Shown here piece by piece: positions 58,905 through 64,000 of a stretch of 64,000 bases of DNA. The position numbers were made by a program, and so were the translations under genes. Source of the DNA: Occultella glacieicola (GTDB lineage: Bacteria; Actinomycetota; Actinomycetes; Actinomycetales; Beutenbergiaceae); contig NZ_SMNA01000004.1 in NCBI RefSeq assembly GCF_004353825.1, positions 434,001-498,000 on the forward strand, in the 5' to 3' direction. The notes below the pieces were generated by a model that saw only the letters and a list, made by a program, of their open reading frames with translations, did no database searches and had not been told where the DNA came from. Every line of letters starts with the position of its first letter. Positions within the stretch are counted from its first letter, which is position 1.

Positions 58905-59936
58905 ATGGTGACGCTGCGGGATGTGGCCGGCCACGCCGGGGTATCGGTGTCGGTGGTCTCACGCGTGCTCAACTCCGACCCGTCGATCCGGATCCGCCCC
59001 GAGACCCGCAGCCGGGTGCTCGAGTCGGCGCGGCTGCTGCGCTACGCGCCGAACTCCGCGGGACGTTCGCTGCGCCGCTCGCGCACGCACCTGCTCGCGC
59101 TCGTGGTCCCCGACGTCACGAACGCCACCTTCACCGACCTGGTGAACGGGGTGGAGTCCCGGGCCCTCGACCATGACTATTCGGTCCTGCTCGCGTCCAG
59201 CCCGCGGATGCAGCCCGGCAGCGACGGGTTCAACCGGCTCCTGAACGAGCGGCTGGTGGACGGCGTGCTGCTGCAGAAGGGGGACGAGGCGCCGATCGAG
59301 CTGGTTGCCCGGGCGCTGTCCCACCCCGAGCGGACCGTCCTGATCAACTCCGGCCCGGTGTCCGGCGTCGCCACGATCGCGATCGACGACGTCGCCGCGG
59401 GCGTGCTCGCCACCCGCCACCTGCTGGACCTCGGGCACACCGGCATCGGCTACGTCGGCGGCGTCCCGGCCTCCGACACCAGCGACCGGCGGCAGGCCGG
59501 GGTGGTGCGCACGCTCGCCGACGCGGGCCTGACGCTGGCCCGGGAGCACACGACGGCGCTGGGCTACACCTACCGGTCCGCCCGGGACGCGGCCCGGTTG
59601 CTGCTCAGCCGCCAGCCGGCCCCGACCGCGCTCGTGGTCGGCAACGTCAACGCCGGGATCGGGGTGCTCACCGAGGCGGCCCAGATGGGCATCCGGGTGC
59701 CGGACGAACTCTCCGTGGTGGCGATCCACGACATCTGGCCGGCGATCACCTGCGCGCCGGCCCTGACCACGGTGCGGCTGCCGATGGCGAGCATGGGGGC
59801 AACCGCGGTGGACGTCCTGCTCGCCGGGCTCGAGACCTCCGACGGCGACGGCACCGACACGACCAGTCGGGTGGTCGACGACCCGGCCCCGGAGCTGGTG
59901 CTGCGCGCCTCGACCGCGCCGCCACCCGGCTCCTGA
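58905..59936 (+). CDS. LacI-family transcriptional regulator
   Basis: TLRDVAGHAGVSVSVVSRVLN; VPDELSVV; ELVLRAST. Confidence 0.94.
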   Translation: MVTLRDVAGHAGVSVSVVSRVLNSDPSIRIRPETRSRVLESARLLRYAPNSAGRSLRRSRTHLLALVVPDVTNATFTDLVNGVESRALDHDYSVLLASSPRMQPGSDGFNRLLNERLVDGVLLQKGDEAPIELVARALSHPERTVLINSGPVSGVATIAIDDVAAGVLATRHLLDLGHTGIGYVGGVPASDTSDRRQAGVVRTLADAGLTLAREHTTALGYTYRSARDAARLLLSRQPAPTALVVGNVNAGIGVLTEAAQMGIRVPDELSVVAIHDIWPAITCAPALTTVRLPMASMGATAVDVLLAGLETSDGDGTDTTSRVVDDPAPELVLRASTAPPPGS

Positions 59937-59994
59937 CCGACCGTCCCACGCACTCCTCCGGCGCCGCGCGCTGCTCTCGGCCAAGGACGCGCAA

Positions 59995-60088
59995 CTCGGT
60001 GTCCACGGCGCTGACCTAGTACCCGCCGCATCGAGATCGCACACCTGCGGGTCCGATCTCAGGGGCGCAGGTACTAGGTCGACGGCGG
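59995..60088. repeat. 94-bp palindromic (REP-like) element, copy 1
   Basis: Nested stems GACCTAGTAC/GTACTAGGTC and GAGATCG/CGATCTC; second copy at 60238-60331. Confidence 0.85.
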
Positions 60089-60237
60089 AGGATCGGGCGG
60101 GGTTGGCGGCTTGGGGTTGCGCGGGGTTGGCGGCTTGGGGTTGTGCAGGGTCGACGGCGGGGGGTCGGGCTGGGAGGGCAGGCGGCCGTCCGCGTCGTGA
60201 TAAACCGCGCAGCGCGCACCTCCCGCGCCGCGCACTG

Positions 60238-60331
60238 CTCGGTGTCCACGGCGCTGACCTAGCACATGCCGCATCGAGATCGCACGCCCGCAGGTCCGAT
60301 CTCAGGAGCGCAGGTGCTAGGTCGACGGCGG
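60238..60331. repeat. 94-bp palindromic (REP-like) element, copy 2
   Basis: Same length as copy 1; stems GACCTAGCAC/GTGCTAGGTC and GAGATCG/CGATCTC. Confidence 0.85.
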
Positions 60332-60460
60332 GGGGCCGGGTGGGGGTGACGGCGGGGGGTCGGGCGAGGTCGACGGCGGGGGGCCGGGTGGGGGTGACGG
60401 CGGGGGGTCGGGCGAGGGTGACGGCGGGGGGTGCCGCGGGAGCGACGGCGGGGGGTCGGC
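60323..60460. repeat. G-rich degenerate tandem repeat with a GACGGCGGGGG core (about 24-bp units)
   Basis: Six recurrences of GACGGCGGGGG; related 24-bp units at about 60097-60165. Confidence 0.75.
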
Positions 60461-61546
60461 TCACGGCAGCGGGTGGCCGCCGGCCCGGCTCGCCTCGTGC
60501 GCGGCCTCCAGCACGGCCATCGTGCGCAGCACGTCAGAGGCTGCGGTCGGCAGCGTCCGGGACGCTCCGGTGACGTAGCGCTGGAGCGCACCCATGGTGG
60601 CGCCGAAGGCGTCCGGGAACCAGGACCCCTCGACCTCGACGGCCCGCCACCCGGTGCCGGTGTTGACCTCGAGCAGGTCCGGCCCGCCGCGGGGGTAGTC
60701 CAGCAGCAGGCCCAGCTGGGCGCGGATCGCCCCCGCGGTGCCGTGCCACAGCACGGCCGCCTCCTGGTGCTCGGGCCCGAACGTGTGGTCGTGGTTCGTG
60801 CTGATCGTGACCCGCAGCGGCCGGTCCGCGTAGTGCAGGAGGTACGCGCTGCGGGTGCTGGCCAGCGGCTTGTCCGGGTGCCGCACCGTGACCGCGCTGA
60901 CGCCGGACGGGTCGCCGACGAACGAGCGCACCAGGTCGACGTAGTGGACCGAGTGCATCGGCATCTCCATCCGGTCGAGCTCGAACACGCTGGGGAACAG
61001 CTCCCAACGGGTCTCGACCCGGACCAGGACCTCGAGGTCGATCAGCTCACCGATGGCGCCGTCCGCGATCAGCCGGCGGGCGGCGGCCACGTGCGGCGCG
61101 AACCGCAGCTGGGTGTTCACCGAGGCGGTGAGCCGCTTGCGCCCGATGAGGTCGACGAGCTCGCGCGCCTGCGCGTGGGTGTAGCCGAGCGGCTTCTGGA
61201 GCTGCACCGCCGCGCCGTCGGGCAGGGCCTCGAGGATCGAGGCGAACGCACCGGGCATGACCGCCACGTCGTAGACGACCCCGGTCCCGTGGGCGGCCAC
61301 CGCGGCCGCGATGTCCGGGTGAGTGGTCGGCACGCCGAACTCCGCGGCCAGCTCGCGGGCCCGGTCGACGTCGAGGTCGACGACGGCCGCGACCGCCAGG
61401 CCCGCCTTGCGGTAGGCGGGTAGGTGCGCGTCCCGAGCGATCCCGCCGGCGCCCACCAGGACGATCGGCAGCGCCCCGGCGGGCAGGCCCCCGCGACCGG
61501 TGGGGTCGACCAGGTAGGCGGGGTCCGGCTCGCGTTCGGGGAGCAT
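60461..61546 (-). CDS. Gfo/Idh/MocA-family oxidoreductase
   Basis: VGAGGIA..AHLP, QKPL, VNTQLRF, HYVDL. Confidence 0.9.
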   Translation of the reverse strand: MLPEREPDPAYLVDPTGRGGLPAGALPIVLVGAGGIARDAHLPAYRKAGLAVAAVVDLDVDRARELAAEFGVPTTHPDIAAAVAAHGTGVVYDVAVMPGAFASILEALPDGAAVQLQKPLGYTHAQARELVDLIGRKRLTASVNTQLRFAPHVAAARRLIADGAIGELIDLEVLVRVETRWELFPSVFELDRMEMPMHSVHYVDLVRSFVGDPSGVSAVTVRHPDKPLASTRSAYLLHYADRPLRVTISTNHDHTFGPEHQEAAVLWHGTAGAIRAQLGLLLDYPRGGPDLLEVNTGTGWRAVEVEGSWFPDAFGATMGALQRYVTGASRTLPTAASDVLRTMAVLEAAHEASRAGGHPLP

Positions 61547-62406
61547 CAGGCGCCGAGTCCGTACACGCGGGTGGCGGTGCCGCGGCGCAGGGCCAGGGCC
61601 TGTTCCCGGGGCAACCGGTCGACGGCCCCCACCAGCACGCTCATCGTGGCGTCGGCGCCGCCGGAGACCGTGCTCACCGGCCAGTCGCTGCCGAGCATCA
61701 GCCGGTCCGGCCCGAACGTCGCGAGCGCGATGGTCAGCACCGAGTCCAGCTGCTCGGGGGTGACCGCCCCGGCGGCAGGTTCGGCAGGTTCGGCAGGTTC
61801 GGCAGGGTAGATCCCCGAGACCTTCGCGACCACGTTCGCCAGCGCCGCCGCGTCGGCGAGTCGGTCGGTCCAGCGGCGGTAGTCGTCGTCGCGTCCGACC
61901 GGTGGCTTGCCGAGGTGGTCGAGGACCACGGTCAGCCCGGGGTGTTCTCCGGCGAGCGTGACGACGTTCTCCAGGTGCCGCGGCAGCACCGACACGTAAT
62001 CGAGCGGGACGCCGGCCTCCTCGAGGAGCCCGATGCTTCGGCGTTGCTCGGCGCCGAGGATCCAGTCCGGGTCCGGCCGGTCGTGGCTGAGGTTGCGGAC
62101 CCCGACGAATCCGGCGGTCGCCGCCAGGCGCGGCAGTTCCCGCGCCACGGTGTCCGGATCCTCCAGCGGCAGGTAGCACACGGCTCCGGCCAGGCGGGGC
62201 TCGGCCGCGACCAGCTCAAGCAGGTAGGTGGTCTCGTCGAGGGTCTCGTCCGCCTGCACCAGGATGGCACGCTCCACGCCGTAGGGCGCCAGCGCCGCGA
62301 GGCCCTGCTCGAGGGGGTGGTCCGACCGCAGCGGCTCGGGGGCGCCGTCGAGCCATCGATACCGGGACCGGGACCGGTCCCAGACGTGCAGATGGGTATC
62401 GATCAC
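61546..62406 (-). CDS. Amidohydrolase_2-family protein, sugar lactonase-like
   Basis: IDTHLHVW, ILVQA, VLDHLGKP, AKVSG, GSDWPV. Confidence 0.88.
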   Translation of the reverse strand: MIDTHLHVWDRSRSRYRWLDGAPEPLRSDHPLEQGLAALAPYGVERAILVQADETLDETTYLLELVAAEPRLAGAVCYLPLEDPDTVARELPRLAATAGFVGVRNLSHDRPDPDWILGAEQRRSIGLLEEAGVPLDYVSVLPRHLENVVTLAGEHPGLTVVLDHLGKPPVGRDDDYRRWTDRLADAAALANVVAKVSGIYPAEPAEPAEPAAGAVTPEQLDSVLTIALATFGPDRLMLGSDWPVSTVSGGADATMSVLVGAVDRLPREQALALRRGTATRVYGLGA

Positions 62407-62873
62407 ACGTGTTCACCTCGCTTGTTGACGAGCTTGTTGACGACGTACAGGTGCACCAGGGACAGCACGGTATCGCCGTGCTGGTTGGTGACCGTGACCC
62501 GCTCGTCGACGCGGCCGAGCTCGGACCGGCGCGGGTGGTCGGTCACCTCCACGATCTCGGCCTCGACCGTGATCGTGTCGCCCAGGAACACCGGCTTGAC
62601 GAACCGGATCCGGTCGTACCCGTAACTCATCGCCTGCGGGTTCACGTCGCCCGCGGTCATGCCGACGGCGACCGAGACGATCAGGGTGCCGTGCGCGATC
62701 CGGCCGGCCAGCCCGGCCTCCTCCACGCACCAGCGCTCGTCCATGTGGTGCGGGAAGAAGTCGCCGGTCTGCCCGGCGTGCAGCACCACGTCCGCCTCGG
62801 TGATCGTGCGCCCCAGGGTGCGCCGCACCTCCCCGACCTCGTACTGCTCGAGGTACCGGTCAACCACCTGCAT
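62403..62873 (-). CDS. MaoC-family dehydratase
   Basis: RTITEAD..HAGQTGDFFPHHMD, RIAHG, RFVKPV..GDT. Confidence 0.9.
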   Translation of the reverse strand: MQVVDRYLEQYEVGEVRRTLGRTITEADVVLHAGQTGDFFPHHMDERWCVEEAGLAGRIAHGTLIVSVAVGMTAGDVNPQAMSYGYDRIRFVKPVFLGDTITVEAEIVEVTDHPRRSELGRVDERVTVTNQHGDTVLSLVHLYVVNKLVNKRGEHV

Positions 62874-63978
62874 GTGCCACTCCCAACGCTGTGAACATCC
62901 GGTCCAGGTCCTCCAGCACCGGGGCGGCCGGCTCGCGGCCGGTCAGACCGCGGTGCACGCGCTCGCAGGCCGCGTCCTGCACGGCCATGTAGCCGGGGTG
63001 CTGTGGCCGCAGACTCGCCAGCTCCAGGGTGCGGCGGGTGTCGGCGAAGAATCCGCCGGTCAGCTCGTGGAGGCCCGCATCGGACCAGGCGGCCACGTGC
63101 CCGGGCTGCCCGCCGCCGAGGGCGTACACGCCCCGTTGGGCCTCACCGGAGGCGACCCAGGTCGCGAACGCGATCGCCTCCGCGGGGTGCTGGGTGCGAG
63201 CGGACACGGCCAGCCCGGCGCCGCCGAGCATCGAGCCACGGGGCTCCCCGTCGATCTCGGGGATGTCCCTCCAGTGCACGGGGTGGTCGCGGAAGCCCGG
63301 CCGTGCGTAGTTGCTGTACCCGTAGAGCAGGGGGGCGTAGGCCCACCGGTCGGAGGTGGCCAGCCGGTCGGCGGTCTGGATCGGGTTCTCACCCAGGCAG
63401 GCCTCGGGCACGAGGTCGCGCAGCCGCCCGAGCAGGTCCCACGCCCGCGCGAAGGCGTCCGGGTCCGCGAAACCGGACCGTCCGGCGTCGGCGCCCTGCA
63501 GCCCGGAGGTGAGGGTGAACGTCGAGGCGAAGGCGTCGATCGGCTTCGCAGGCCAGAGCACCGCTCCGGCGCGGGCGAGGTCGAGGACCTCCGGCCACGT
63601 CCGCGGCGGCGCCGGCAACAGGTCGGGCCGGTACGCCGCGACCTGCGCGGCGGCGTCGATCGCCAGGCCGTACTGTGCGCCGTCCCACCGGTAGCTGGAG
63701 AAACTGCGACCGACGAACGCGGCCGGCCCCTCGCCGTCGGGCAGCGCCGCCAGCAGCCCGGCCCGGGCCGCCTGCGGGATGTGCGGGTGATCGATCACGA
63801 GCAGGTCGTAGGACTCGGCCAGCGACTCCAGGCCCTGGTCGGCGAACGCCTGCAGGGAGCGGACCTCCCAGGTGACCTCGACGTCGTGGCCGGCGGCGGT
63901 GTGGGCGGCGGCGGCCGCCACGACGCTGTCCCGGCCACGCTCGTGGTCCCACGTCATGCCGCGCAGCCGGACGGTCAC
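62860..63978 (-). CDS. Solute-binding-protein-fold protein lacking a signal peptide
   Basis: LRGMTWDH, YDLLVIDHP, IDAAAQV, LGGAGLAVS; GTG start overlaps the upstream stop; no lipobox. Confidence 0.8.
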   Translation of the reverse strand: MTVRLRGMTWDHERGRDSVVAAAAAHTAAGHDVEVTWEVRSLQAFADQGLESLAESYDLLVIDHPHIPQAARAGLLAALPDGEGPAAFVGRSFSSYRWDGAQYGLAIDAAAQVAAYRPDLLPAPPRTWPEVLDLARAGAVLWPAKPIDAFASTFTLTSGLQGADAGRSGFADPDAFARAWDLLGRLRDLVPEACLGENPIQTADRLATSDRWAYAPLLYGYSNYARPGFRDHPVHWRDIPEIDGEPRGSMLGGAGLAVSARTQHPAEAIAFATWVASGEAQRGVYALGGGQPGHVAAWSDAGLHELTGGFFADTRRTLELASLRPQHPGYMAVQDAACERVHRGLTGREPAAPVLEDLDRMFTALGVAHAGG

Positions 63979-64000
63979 GGCACGCTCCCGGCCACCGGCT

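Noticed and set aside
61772..62442. Short in-frame duplications (PAEPAEPAEP; VNKLVNK)
   Set aside because: Slippage in loops or termini with the frame preserved; no evident function.
1..64000. rRNA, tRNA and CRISPR arrays
   Set aside because: None recognised by eye. tRNAscan-SE and Infernal were not run.

Overview
High-GC actinobacterial chromosomal DNA, probably Micrococcales, in three parts. (1) About 1-10.2 kb is a lower-GC defence/mobile island. It holds a divergent MTase / C-protein / putative PD-(D/E)xK nuclease with a HEAT-like tail, with a PvuII-type C-box lying over the MTase start. It also has a TIGR02391-like HEPN gene, DUF1643, and a DUF262 + HEPN pair. Mobile content: a 365-bp IS1634-type miniature element with a 55-bp target duplication, a frameshifted IS3 element between orphan IS ends, and a decayed IS1634 that splits an SDR pseudogene. 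(2) About 10.2-32.7 kb is mixed: a FadR/NanA-like sugar-acid ABC locus, an SH3b polymorphic-toxin-like gene facing a SuFu-like immunity gene, HNH, msrBA, WXG100/type VII substrates, a glycerophosphodiester ABC system and a FitAB-type toxin-antitoxin pair. (3) About 32.9-64 kb is a large pectin (rhamnogalacturonan-II-like) oligosaccharide utilisation region. It encodes a D-apiose pathway (aptAB ... aplK-apsI) split into two units with near-duplicate promoter/operator sequences. It also encodes GH138-, GH140-, GH137-, GH42- and six-hairpin-like hydrolases, a GalrD-II-type galactarate dehydratase cassette, and an uncharacterised Gfo/lactonase/MaoC/SBP-fold catabolic operon that runs off the right edge. 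No rRNA, tRNA or CRISPR array was seen. All family calls come from motif recognition by eye, not database searches.
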